Shown in pieces: positions 9,961 through 22,667 of a stretch of 64,000 nt of DNA. Source of the stretch: Salpingoeca rosetta (Eukaryota > Protista > Choanoflagellata); the NCBI GenBank assembly GCA_033442325.1, contig JAWQFM010000023.1, forward strand, positions 1 to 64,000. The letters are read 5' to 3'. A model generated the notes under the pieces. That model made no database searches. It was not told where the DNA came from and saw only the letters and a program-made list of their open reading frames with translations. A program made the position numbers and the translations under genes. Position 1 is the first letter of the stretch; every line of letters starts with the position of its first letter.

Positions 9961-12900
9961 TCATGCGTACGCTTGCTTGCTCTGTGCGTGTTGCTTGCAA
10001 GCGCCCACAACTTTCCTTGCTTCCACCCTGTTCACTTCACAATAATCCTCCACTCACTCCCCACTGCTCCACAGCATCACCCACCATGCCTGCACGTACC
10101 TGCAATCGACCCTTTATCAATCTACACCATCACTCACACACCGCTCTGTCACCCCCCTCGCCACTTCACTCCACTCCACTCTACTTCACTCAGCAGCATC
10201 ACCTCCCGTCTTGGATTCACTCCCCAACATCACCTGCGCTTCCTTTTTCTCGCCGCCAGTAGCGACATGGTCAGGTGCGCAAGAAGCTCGCTGCGATGAT
10301 CTTCTCCTCTTCCCACTTTACCTTCTCTCTTCGTGCATGTGTGCTATTGCTTGCAATATTTGTGCTTCTGCTTCCTTCGCTCCACCGCCACAATCACAAC
10401 CCAACCCAAAACACAACACAACAGCACATCCATGCATGTGCCGCTTTGTTCCTTCTTCTCACACTTCACTCACTTGCGCCTTTCTCTCTTCCGTGTGCCT
10501 TTCCAGATTCCATGTGTTGCTTTGTTGCTTTGCACTTGTTGCCACATGCTTCATTCACCCTTGGCCCTCTTTCTCTCTTCCATCCACTCACCACCACACA
10601 GCACATCTCCACACAACATCCTTCACTTCACTTCACTTCACACAACACAACACAACACCACATACAACACACTGTGTGCATTCGTGCTTCCCTTCGTCCC
10701 TTTCTGTCGCCACCTTGTCACCACAAGCCTTGTTTGTCCATTTCACCTGCGTTCCACCACCCCTCCTGTCTTGTTTCAATTCTTGCCACTGCTGCTGTTG
10801 TTTCCACGTACTTGCATGCCTACCCTTGTCTCTGTTCACTACTTTGTGTCGCCACTCCTTCCCCTTCCCTCCCCTTTCCTGCCTCGTTCATGTTTCATGC
10901 TGCATGTGTTACAACACATCATAAACCCATCAAGCCCACACTGCCGCCTTCTTCACCATCAGCCCTGTTCACCACCACCATCACCACTCGCTGCCACCAT
11001 TACTCACTCGCTTCATCCTTTCCCACCCACTCCCACGTTCACAGCAGCTGCTGCTGTCCTCACCTGCATGCAGCACCCACTCCACAGCCACACGCCTAGC
11101 TCACCACCAATCCAATCCACATCACATCATACACACACACTGTGCTGACTTCACTGCACCCACCAGCACCCATCCACACCACCACCAGTACCACACGATA
11201 CACACAGCTGCACACGCGTGGTGCATTGTATGATTCCACTTCACTTCAGCAACACGACAGCAAGCAAACACACACGCGCACACACGTGGCAAGAATAAGC
11301 GAGAAAACATCCCCATATCAACTGCAAGCAACACACACACACACACACGCAACAAGCGACAGCTCCATGCTACGCCACACCGCTTCACGGCTTGCATCCA
11401 CTGGTCCATCCATGCAGTAGTGGTGATGGCAGCAGAGGAGAGAAGGAAGAGTATGCCTTGCCCTGCCTTGCCTGCCTGCCTTGGCTGTGTGTGAGGATGT
11501 GTGCCTGCACACCCACTCACTCACTGTGTGTGTGTGTGTGTCACCATCCAAACACACACAGGTATGTGAGACAGAGGGAAGCAAGCAGCCACACATACAC
11601 ACACACACACAGTGTGAATCACAAGCAGACACAGCATGAACGACATACACACAGTCACAGTCACGCACATGCAAGTGCAACGCACCGTGAGGTAGGCATC
11701 AGACTGCCTGTCAGCGTGCGTGTGTGTGTGTGTGTGTTCACACACTCATGTGTGTGGGTCGATGCAGCCCATCATCCCTCTGTGTGTGTGTGTGTCTGTG
11801 CGTGTGAGCCAAATGCATCCACAGCAGCAGGAGAGCGTGTGAGGTCACAACACCCACCACAGCCACGTCCCACTCTCCCTCCTTCACATACACAATCACA
11901 CGCACCCACACAGCAGTCAAACCAATTGACAGAACTCACCCAAACTCACGGTGCCAGCGTGGCATGGGCCTGTGCAGCACATATGTCAGCCTCACTGACC
12001 GTGGGCAACGCCTTGCATGCCTTTGGCCCTGCACACATCCATGGTGTGGTCGCTGCTGTGCGTGTTCTCTGCTTGCACCTGCGCACCATCACAACATCAC
12101 CCACCACACCCCACACAGTCCATGGAACCAAACGAGACCACCCACAACAGGACCGCCAGTGAGTGCCCGTCACAACGCGCACCCTCTCCCTCCTCTCCAC
12201 CAACCCTGCGCCAGCCACGCACACGAACAACGCAACCCACCACCTCCCACTCAAACACACACACCTTGATTCGTGTTTTCGCCTGTCGCTTGTCGCTTGT
12301 TTGTGTGTGTTTGGGCGATTAGTGGAAGATGCCACAAATAATCGCCCACTGCTGCGGTTGTGCGGCAACTGCTGTTTGCTTCTGCGTTTGCTTGTTGAAG
12401 GGCGGACTTGCTTGGTTGTTTGGTTGCTTGGTTGGTTTCAATGAGACAAGAAGAAGGGGGAAGGGGGAAGGGGAACGGCACTGCGTGTGAATGCAACGCA
12501 GGCTCACAGGCCTTGCAGGCTGAGGAGGGAAGGGAGAAGAAGGGGAGAAGAAAGGGGGATGGAAAAGAAGAAGCAACAAACACACAACACACACACACAC
12601 ACACAGCTGTGCACAGCATGCATCCCCTCCCCTTCTTCTCTTCTTCGCTTCTTCCTCCTCCTCACAGTCATAACAGACAACCAACAGCCACAAAGGGCCG
12701 GAAGAGAAAACAAACAAGGGGGAGGGGGCAACAGCCGCCCAGCCAGATCGCCATGGAAGAAAGAGGCGAGGTGATAGAGGGGGGGGGGGAGGAAGTAGAA
12801 CACCGCCCATCAACACACACACACATCTGTTGGGAGCCCCACGTCTTGTGTCCTTGCTTCCCCTCTTCCTTTCCTTGGCCTGGGTTGAGTTGGGTTGGTT

Positions 12901-14798
12901 GAGGTGGCACAGCTCGCCATGGCGTGTCATGCGTGGTGGGTGTGGGCATGGGTGTTGGATGTGGATGGGCTCCTCTCTCTGCGTGTGTGTGAAAAGGAAG
13001 GGTTGGAGGGAAACAGTGGAAGGGGTGGCAGCAGCAGCAGGAGAGGAGGAAGAGGGAGAAGAAGCAAGGGAAGGGCGGTGGATGTGAGCATGTCATGCAT
13101 GAGTGGACAATAACAACACATGGGGCGCAGCGATGATGATGATGTAGTTGTTGTTGTGTGTGATGGCACAAGCACACAAAGGTCAACCCCAATCACACAC
13201 ACACCTCGTCGTCGATCAACGCGTCTGCCTGACATATGCGCACACGCGCGCACACATCTGCAGTCATACACACACACATAGTCACACATGGCATTGCAGA
13301 GTGAGACGGTACAACACCATGCACACGCATACACAGCAATGCAACCACAATCACCACAACCACCACAACGACAACATCTCTCTCCCCATCTCCATCCACC
13401 AAATGCACGGTCACATGACCAGGTGCACAGCCGTGGTGGTGATGGTGGCCATGATGAACGCCTTCCTCCCACTTCCCATCAACGCTCTTCCACCAAACAC
13501 ACACACAGCATTGCGTGCCCTCACCTCGTGCATCGTGTTGCTGTCGGCGTGGTCGATGGCGACGCACACACGCACACGCACACATCGCTGTGTGTTCCCA
13601 GTTGAGACGAGCAACGAAGAGAGAGAAATGGGCGACACGACACAACGGCCAGTCAACCCCAGCCAATCCAACCCAGCATCCACTGCCGTGTGTTGCCTGC
13701 TGCAGTCATCATCACAAACAATCACAATCACAATCACAGGTGCAAGCAAAAGGAATAAGCCACTGACGTGTGTCTCATTGTCATGTGATATGACCACAAC
13801 CACACACCATTCACGCGCATGTGTACACGCACACCCCATCCCCCAACCAACATCATCGCCCTCCATCCCTTCCCCTCCCTCTCCCTCCTTTCGCTCTGCA
13901 CTCCCACGTCGCACCACCATCACCGTGTTACTTCCCCCCTGCTTCCCACCACTCGACACAACACAGCCCACCAACCAGCAAACCAACCGCCAACGATCAT
14001 CCTCACCTGTGCTTGATGCAGCCAGCCAGCCAGCCGATGTGCCACAGCGAAGCCAGAAAAAGGAAGCGCAATCACACGCCACGGCCACCATCGTCATCGC
14101 TGATGGAGCAGAAAGAAAAGATGAAGGGGGAAGAGTGGTGGGCACGGGCCGTGTCCTTCCTGGTCTTCATCGGTGCAGCCCCAAACACGGTGCACCGCGC
14201 ACAGGCACACGCAGGGTCATCATCACAGCAACAGCAACAGCAGCAGCGACAGCGAGCCTGCCTGCCTGTGAGGCAAGAAGAAACCAACCAGAGACGAACA
14301 ACAACAACCGGTGATGGTGAGGACAGGAAAGGAGGTACACAAGGGACCACGCATGGGAGTATGCAGCATGTTGTGGGCGGGGTGCACCAGATGCACACAA
14401 GAACAACGAAGCAAGCATCCAACAAGCAAGCAAGCAGGCAGGCACAAAACATCACCACATCCACCATATCCACCACTGCTGCAATACCTGTGTTGGCCGC
14501 TGTCTCGATCACGCCTCAACAGCTGCACATCACATGAGGAAGGCTGACGATGATGATGACACAGAGCAAAGGCGATTGGTTGGGAAAAGGGGAATGAAAT
14601 TCGGTTGGGAACCCGCACACATCCGCCTGCAGCCACGCACACACGCACATTTGAGTTGTGTGATTGACTCATGTGAGACACACGTCAGTGCAACCACCCA
14701 CAGCCAATGACTGCTGTGGTGTGTTGGCATACATGTGTACATGCGTGCATGCGTGTGTGTGCGTTTGTGTGTGTGCCACCACTCTACCCATCACCCCA

Positions 14799-14842
<44 letters not shown>

Positions 14843-14857
14843 TTCTTGCACATTTGT

Positions 14858-14980
14858 GTGTGCGTGTATCGCTCTGGTCGTGTCATGAGGGCTTGGGAAG
14901 AGATCGGTCACCGTCATTTGTGCGTGCGTGTATCGCCCTGCTCGTGTCATGAGGGCTTGGGAAGAGATCTGCCACCGCCC
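14858..14980. repeat. Tandem duplication of about 63 bp (2 copies)
   Basis: GCGTGTATCGC(T/C)CTG(G/C)TCGTGTCATGAGGGCTTGGGAAGAGATC occurs twice in succession. Confidence 0.85.
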
Positions 14981-17900
14981 TGTGCAAAATCACACACATG
15001 TACACATGCGCAAGCACAAACAACCAAATCAGCAAGAATCACACGACGCAGTGAGCCAGCATGGCAGAAACAAACCGCATCCACCTCCTTGTGCCACATT
15101 CACATCACTCACATCATCACCTGTGCACGCACAATTCACACCCCACACACAGATACGCACCACCACCACCACCACAAGCAGCACACCTGCACATGCGTGT
15201 GTGTGCGCCGTCCACATCCACCACAAACCACTCACCACCACAATCATCGTCGTCATGCGAGGCAACGGCACATCGACGCACATCACCTCCTGTGTGCGTG
15301 TGAAGAAAGAGGTGAGTTGTCACAGAATGAGGCTGTCACCGACAACACACCCTATGTCCACCACCAACAGACCCAACGACATCCATTCATCCCTTCACAA
15401 ACACACATATACATGCTGTTGTTCACACCCAACACATCACACACCACCCACATCACCACAACTACCACCACCATTTAACTCACCTCCACACCCATGGTCG
15501 CAGCCGCTGCTGTTGGTGACCAGTGACGACGACGAGGGAGGAGGAGATGGGCGAGATACAGAGGGCCAGTTCATCCACAATGCAGCCACACATTAGCTGT
15601 TGCTGCTGTTGCTGCTGGTGGTGGTGAAACGGTGAAAACAAACGGCCCCTTGCCACGCCGTGTCCTTTGCTCGCTCGCTCGGCTGTTTGGTTGGTCGGTT
15701 GGACGGAGACGGGATGCATGGCCCTGTGTCCAAATTAATCGAAAAAAAGGGGGAGAAGAAGAAGAGCAGACACGTGAGTGGACAGAACAGACAAGGAAAG
15801 AGGGAGGCAAAGAAGGACACACAACGTGTGAACCACGCACACACACACACACATCTCAGTCGGCCTCTCACCTGCATCACTCGTCATCGTCATCGTCGTT
15901 GGTTCCAGCGCTTCATGTGCCTCGCCAACGCTGTGAAACGTGTGTGCACGGACACAAGATGGGAGAGAATGCAGGTGGTGAGGTTGACAGCGAAGCATCA
16001 TCAACCACACGCCAGCCCCATCCAACCACAAGCATTGACACACATCCGCACGCACACATCTTGTCCCCACTCACTACCACAACACACACACACACACACA
16101 CATATGCTCACCTCTTCGTGAGAACGACTGACATGTGCAATGTCTGCCTCACGCCAGATGGCAGCTGTGCGGGCGATGATGATGATGGTGATGATGACAG
16201 CGGAGCTGCGGTGGAAGAGAGGAAAAGGAGAGAGAAATGGGGAAGGTTGATGATGATGATGATGATGATGGGTCGTTCATGGCGGCTGCTTTCCCCTCCT
16301 CTGATGTGGCCCTGGTGTCCATGCAACCAACACACAACGACAAGATACAACGATATCATCACACAAAGGCACAGGCATGGCATGTGAGCACAGCAGGCGT
16401 GTTCACCTTCCTGCTCCCTCCTCTGCTTTCCTCCACCTCGCCCCACCACACACACATACACACACACGCACATGACTGCGTCGCACACACACACACGCAC
16501 ACACTCACTCACTCACTCACACACACACACCTGCGCATCGCTGCGTCGCTGTGGTAGGATGTGCCCGCCATGACCATGGACGTGTGTGTCCACAGCTGCT
16601 CCTCCCAATCCATCATGTGTGCATCGCCCATCATCCTCAAACGATCCTCACGCAGTCGCCGCTGCAGCCACAAGCATACATACATTGCGTGTGAGCTACG
16701 CTGCTGTACGAGACACAGCAGCAGCAGTAACACCAAACACCCAGAGCAGCAACACCAACACATGCGCCATGTGCCAACTAAAACATCCATGATGGGCTCA
16801 CCTTGCTCACGCATATGGGAATACTGCATGAGCACAGCAGTGGCAGCCGAATCGGGGGAGTTGCAGCTGCAGCAGCAGCATCCGGCATGCGAGCCCGCTT
16901 CCACCAACATCCTGATGTGTGCTGGTACCTCACCACCTGTGTATATGTGTGTGTGTGCGTATGTGAGTGGTTGCAAGGAACGTGGATGGAAACAGAACAC
17001 AACAGGCACAGAGCAAGCCATCATGTCAGCACAGCAGAACGAGTTATTGATATCACACGCACCACGTGTGTGTGTGTGTGTGTGTCGGTGCGTGATCATC
17101 ATCCCCATCAACCCCTCTTCCTCTTGTTCACTTCACCCCATCACCACAACCCCATCCCCACACTCCATCACACACACACAACCAACCACCCATCACCACC
17201 CACATACCATGTGTGAGGCGAGTGCACCTGGCATGCGTGACAAGTATCCTCGACATTTCCCTCATCCTGATGCTTGTGCGTGCGCATCACCTGTAAGTGT
17301 GTGGTTGTGTGCGAGCACCAGCATGGTGAGTGAGTGGGAGGGAAGAGGGAGCATGGATATGTGCACAGCTACACTGCTGCTGCCACTGCTGGTGTTGTGC
17401 ATGCATTTGTGAAGGAGAAGAAGGGGGAGAGAGAAAACAGAAAACAGAAGGGAGGGAACAAGTCATGCTGCACCCCATCCATCCATCCATCCCTCTTCCT
17501 CACACCACCACCACACACCACCATCCTCTGTCACCAGCCAGCCACCACACCACACCACACCACACCACACCACACTCACCCAGCACCCCCCACCGCACCT
17601 CATCCATCCATCCAACCATCCAGCCAACACACATCTCCTCTCCGTTTTCCATCTTCTTCTCGCCCTCACCTCTGCTGCTGCTGCCCAGCCGAAAATGCAA
17701 CTTGTGCTGTCACCACCTGTTCCCAGCCGCAAACAGCCAGCTTCCGCCAGCAGCAGTGGGCGATGGGTTGGTTGGTTGGGGGATGTGTTCAGCAGCAAGT
17801 GATGGTGGTGGTGCATTCTCTGCTGCTGCTGCAGCATCGGCGGTGGAGGGTGTGTTGGCTGCTGCTGCTATTGGTGGTGAGGCGGCGATGGCCGCGAGGG

Positions 17901-18492
17901 AGGGCGAGAAAGAGAGGGGAATATAAGCAGCAGCTGCAAGGTGGGGAATGTGCAGGTGTGCAGGCAGTCGTGTGTGTGAGAACGACGAATGAGACAGCGC
18001 ATCAAGCAAGGCAAAACAGGCAGTCGCACCACACACATGCACACATTGATGTGGGACAACAAGGGGAGACAGGAGCAACAGAGACAGCGATCACAAAACA
18101 TGTGATGTTGTGCTCATCACACACATGCACACATGTGCAGTGATGCACTCACGTTGCTCATCGCTCGCTTGTTTGTGGTGTGGTGTGTGTTGGTGTTGCT
18201 GCTTCCACAGCCGCATACAGCGTGGCTGGATGGTCATCACATGGCAGCGCCCGTCTGTTCATCCCACCAGAGCGGTGTTGGTTGGTGGAAGGGGAGGGGG
18301 TGACAACAGCTGGCTCAAGGGCCCTCTGTGTGGCGACAGCAGAAGGAAGGAAGGGGAAACGAGCAAGTGTGGAGGGTGGTGGTGTTGGCGGTGTTGAGGG
18401 TGGGAAGGGAAGGATGTGAGCAAACACACAAGAAAAATGAGGAGGTGGTGATGATGGCGTGTGGATGGGTGGAGAAGAGAACATGCACGTCG

Positions 18493-18580
<88 letters not shown>

Positions 18581-18691
18581 GTCTGGGTGATGCAGTGGTT
18601 TGATCACCATTCATCCGTCAGCATGTAGTCATTTGTTGGTTGGTTGGTGGAGGTTGCCCACTGGCTCACGCATCAGCCAGCACCTGCTGCT

Positions 18692-18722
<31 letters not shown>

Positions 18723-18847
18723 ATGAAATACATCCATCTGCACGCACCACCACAAACAAACAAGCAAACAACAGCAGTGAGCAGCGTGTCACAGACGCAG
18801 AAAGGAGGAGACAGAACGAAGGAGGATGAGCAGAAACACAACCCCGT

Positions 18848-18889
<42 letters not shown>

Positions 18890-19911
18890 TGGCTGTGATG
18901 TTGGTTGATGTCATTTCCCCCTCTCTCCCATGTGTGTGCTGCTCACTGGATGAGAGGTTGCATGATCCATTCTCAGGGTGGCCGCTGCATGACGGTGGCT
19001 GATGGCAGCTGTTCTGTCACCACACAACGGTGAGCAAGTGCGTGTGTGAGTGTGAGTGTGTGCATTTGTGAGTGCCACACGCTGCGGTGTGTGTTGGTTG
19101 TGATCCACACAACCATGTACGGATGCGTGGATGGATGGTGGTCCACATGTGTGTGCGTGGCTGTGTGTGCACGATGACAGCGTGCGCTGTGTTGTTGTTG
19201 TTGTGGTTGTTGTTGTTGTTGATGTTGGTTGTTGCTGCTGCGCACTGTGCGAGGAGAAAAAAGGGAGAAGGAGGAGAACGAAGTGGGAGGAAGAAGTGGG
19301 AGCACTCAATCTCACCATCACCTGTCGATGGATGGGTCATTCATGTGGTCGTTGGTTGGTTGGTTGGTTGGTTGGTTGTGCGTGGTTCATCACAGGAGGA
19401 GGAAATGGACAACGATGAATGGAAGGATGGAAGGGAGAGAGGGAGAAGGGAAGGAGAAGGAAGAAGAGAGACGGTGCGCACATCCTCCCTGCACATGTGC
19501 GTGTGTGTGTGCGTCAGCGAGGACGACGAAGGGAAGGGAAGGAAGGGAAGAGAAGGAAGGAACGTGGCACGCACAACCACCAATGTGTGCGTGTGTGTGT
19601 GTGTGCACGAACCAATGACACATCCCCCTCACCTCATCTCACCTCACCTCACATCACCCTCACCTGCCTGTCAGCAGTATCGACGACGACCATGGTCACC
19701 ATCACCATTCCCACCACCATCACACCAGCTGCTGCGCAGAAGAAGAATGAAGCAACGGCGAGTGGGTTGGTTGGTTGGAAAGCAGAATCGGTTGTTTGCT
19801 CGTTTCTGCTTGCTGCTGGTTTTTGGTGTGTGTGCGATTTTCCTCTTCCTCTTCTTTTCTTGCTGGCTTGCTGGCTCTGCCTTGATAAATGGCATGTCTT
19901 GCTTTATAGTC

Positions 19912-20030
19912 GGCAACGTTCATTCCAACGGGATCACGCCCGCTCTCGTCCGATCGCGGAAGCTAAGCCCGTTTGGGCCCGTTCAGTACTGCCGTGGGTG
20001 ACCAGGCGGGAATCACGGGTGATGTTGCTC
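19912..20030 (+). rRNA. 5S rRNA (119 nt)
   Basis: GGCAACGTTCATTCCAACGGGATCACGCCCGCTCTCGTCCGATCGCGGAAGCTAAGC...AGTACTGCCGTGGGTGACCAGGCGGGAATCACGGGTGATGTTGCTC. Box A (AGCTAAGC) and box C (TGGGTGACC) present; terminal helix GGCAACGTT/GATGTTGCT pairs. Confidence 0.95.
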
Positions 20031-20038
20031 TCCCTTCC

Positions 20039-20047
20039 TTTTTTTTT
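20039..20047 (+). terminator. Pol III terminator (T9) of the 5S gene
   Basis: T run about 8 nt after the 5S 3' end. Confidence 0.8.
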
Positions 20048-20263
20048 CTCTCTTCCATATGGTGCTGCTGTGGTTGCTGTGGTGCTGCTGCTGTGGCGCT
20101 TGCTATCTCTCCTTCACTCCCCTCTTCTCTTCGGTTTACCTCTTGTTGTGCTTCTTCTTTGCTTGCTGACTTGCTTGCTTCCACTTGGGGGTGAAGAGGT
20201 GGTGGCGTGTGTTGGCTCACCTCCCCTCTTCCCTCTTGTTGCTTGTCTTCAGCGTTGCTGTGC

Positions 20264-20324
<61 letters not shown>

Positions 20325-20540
20325 ATCTATCGCTGTTTCAGAAGGGGGTCTATTTACTGCCAGTGGGTGACAGGCCTAACGCAAGTTCAAAAGAAGAAAC
20401 CAAAACCATGGCAGCTGACACAGCAACGGCAACGTCGTGGAAGCGGGGAGAAAAGGCTGACACGTCCGAGGACGAATCTGAGGGAAAACAGGTGGCGGTG
20501 GATGGTGTGATGTGAAGGGCATGAAACAATGGCGATGGCA

Positions 20541-21109
20541 TCAAGCCGAGTCTGCGAAGGAGGCGATGCGGTCCACCTCTGACGGGAGCAGGGACTCGCG
20601 AGACATGAACGCCTTGAACGCGAGCTGTTTGGCCTCCTGTTCACAGGGATGTTTTGTCAGAGAAGAAGGAGGAAAGCGACGGCAGTGACAACCGCATGTG
20701 CGAGCAAGCTGTGAGCGAGCTGGCGCAGCTGGCATGCCAACACGGTCAATGCAGACGCAGACACAGACGCAGAGAGCATCGACACAAAGCACACACACAC
20801 ATATTGTAACAAACAACACAACACAACACAACACAACACAACACAACACAACACAACACAACACAACACAACTCAGCACACGCGTCTACACCTTGAGTTC
20901 GTCTGCGAGCTGGTCAATCTGCTGCTGGAGGCCGTTGTTCTGGGCCTCAATCTGCTGTGAGCGCTCCCGTGCCTTCTCGCGCGAGCGCTTGACAGAGCGG
21001 TTGTTGCTGTCGCGAATGCGACGCCAGCGGCTCCAGTCGGCGAGATACTCCTCCGTCGTCGCGTAGTCCGCACGCTTCGGCTCCTTGCGCCGGCGCCGGC
21101 CCTGGACAT

Positions 21110-21158
<49 letters not shown>

Positions 21159-21356
21159 TCGGTGCACAGTGGAAGGTGGTGCAAAGGTCACACGTGAGCC
21201 GCAAGAATGTTGAGACAAGGGTGAACAAGGGAGCCAGGTAGGAGCGGGTGCGCATGCAGAGAATTCGCACACGTGTGCAGGCACATGCACGCGCGCATGC
21301 AAGTAGACACCTACGCACACACGCATGCACACACAACACAACACATGCACACACAT

Positions 21357-21398
<42 letters not shown>

Positions 21399-21786
21399 GC
21401 GCGCGTACATCAGCAGTGCGGGAGCCCCAGGAGGAAGCACGCTTCTTCTTGGACTGCTTGGCCTTTGTTGCCTTCTTCGATGGTTCGGCTGGAATCACAG
21501 GCTCTTCTTTGGCAGGTACTGCGGCGTGCACTGCCGCTGAGACTGCAGGCGAAGAGGAGGCGGACGCATCTGGCTGAGCAGCGTACGTGCCTGTGGCAGG
21601 CAGGTAGTTGAGCATTTCGTCGCTCAATGTTGGGGGTGGCAGCAGCGAAGCGTCCTGCTGCGCGGTGCCCTTGGAGAAAGCATCGAGCAGGAAGCTGTCA
21701 AAGGCTGGGTCCGGTGGTGCCGCCAAGCCGAGCACATCCTGAAGCAGCTTCTCGTCCGACAGCGTCGCCTGTGCACCCATCGACAT
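20541..21786 (-). CDS. bZIP transcription factor, C/EBP- or PAR-like basic region
   Basis: Exons 21786-21409, 21101-20892 and 20636-20541, all GT-AG and in frame. Basic region and zipper WRRIRDSNNRSVKRSREKARERSQQIEAQNNGLQQQIDQLADELKEAKQL. Confidence 0.88.
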
Positions 21787-21977
21787 CGACAAGAAGAAAA
21801 AAGAAAGGGGGGGCCCAAGGATGCGGCGGCAGGGCATTTGGGTGAGACCAGAACGGTGTTCAGGATAAGACGAGAAGACCCGCGAGAATGAATGGCGATG
21901 CGGCGATGCGGCGATGCGGAGGGCAGAAACACGGGCTATGTATGACGCACGTCACAAGAACAGGCCATGTGTGCCGC

Positions 21978-22078
<101 letters not shown>

Positions 22079-22266
22079 GCACGCACACGCACGCACGCAC
22101 CGGTGGGGCAATCTGTGGGTTGGGAAAGTGCCCCATGAGGAAGGAGTCCCCCTGTAGTGGTTCACGTGATGCAGGAGGTAAGGTGAGTAAGTAAGAAGCA
22201 AAAAGGGTTGTGAGTGCAAGTGGTGCAAGAGAGGTATTCGGCAAACGCACAAGCGAGGCATGTGTC

Positions 22267-22316
<50 letters not shown>

Positions 22317-22667
22317 CACACACGCACAAGCACACACACGCACAAGCACACACAAAACACATATAAGCTCACTGTCATGTCATTGGACTGGGCCATGCTG
22401 GGGGTGGTGATTGGTTGTGGTGATTGGTTTGGAGCTGGGTGGGGGTTGCCCCTTGGCTGCGTCCACAAAGGGGTGCAGAAGGAGAATGGCGATGTCTGCG
22501 CCCTCACCAGCTGCGTGTGACGAAACCCCTCCGAAGATTTCGTCCAATTTTCTACACCCACGAGGCACACCATCCACGCGCAGCCAGCCACCTGCACGCA
22601 CGCACACGCGACCGCACGCGAAACACACACACCTGTACCTTCATCTCTTCACACATCTGCCGCCACC

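Noticed and set aside
10000-19900. Long ORFs such as 13148-14314 (388 aa), 16561-17412 and 19419-20510
   Set aside because: H/T/C/V-rich translations of CA/TG low-complexity DNA, which is naturally poor in stop codons. No domains or coherent exon chains.
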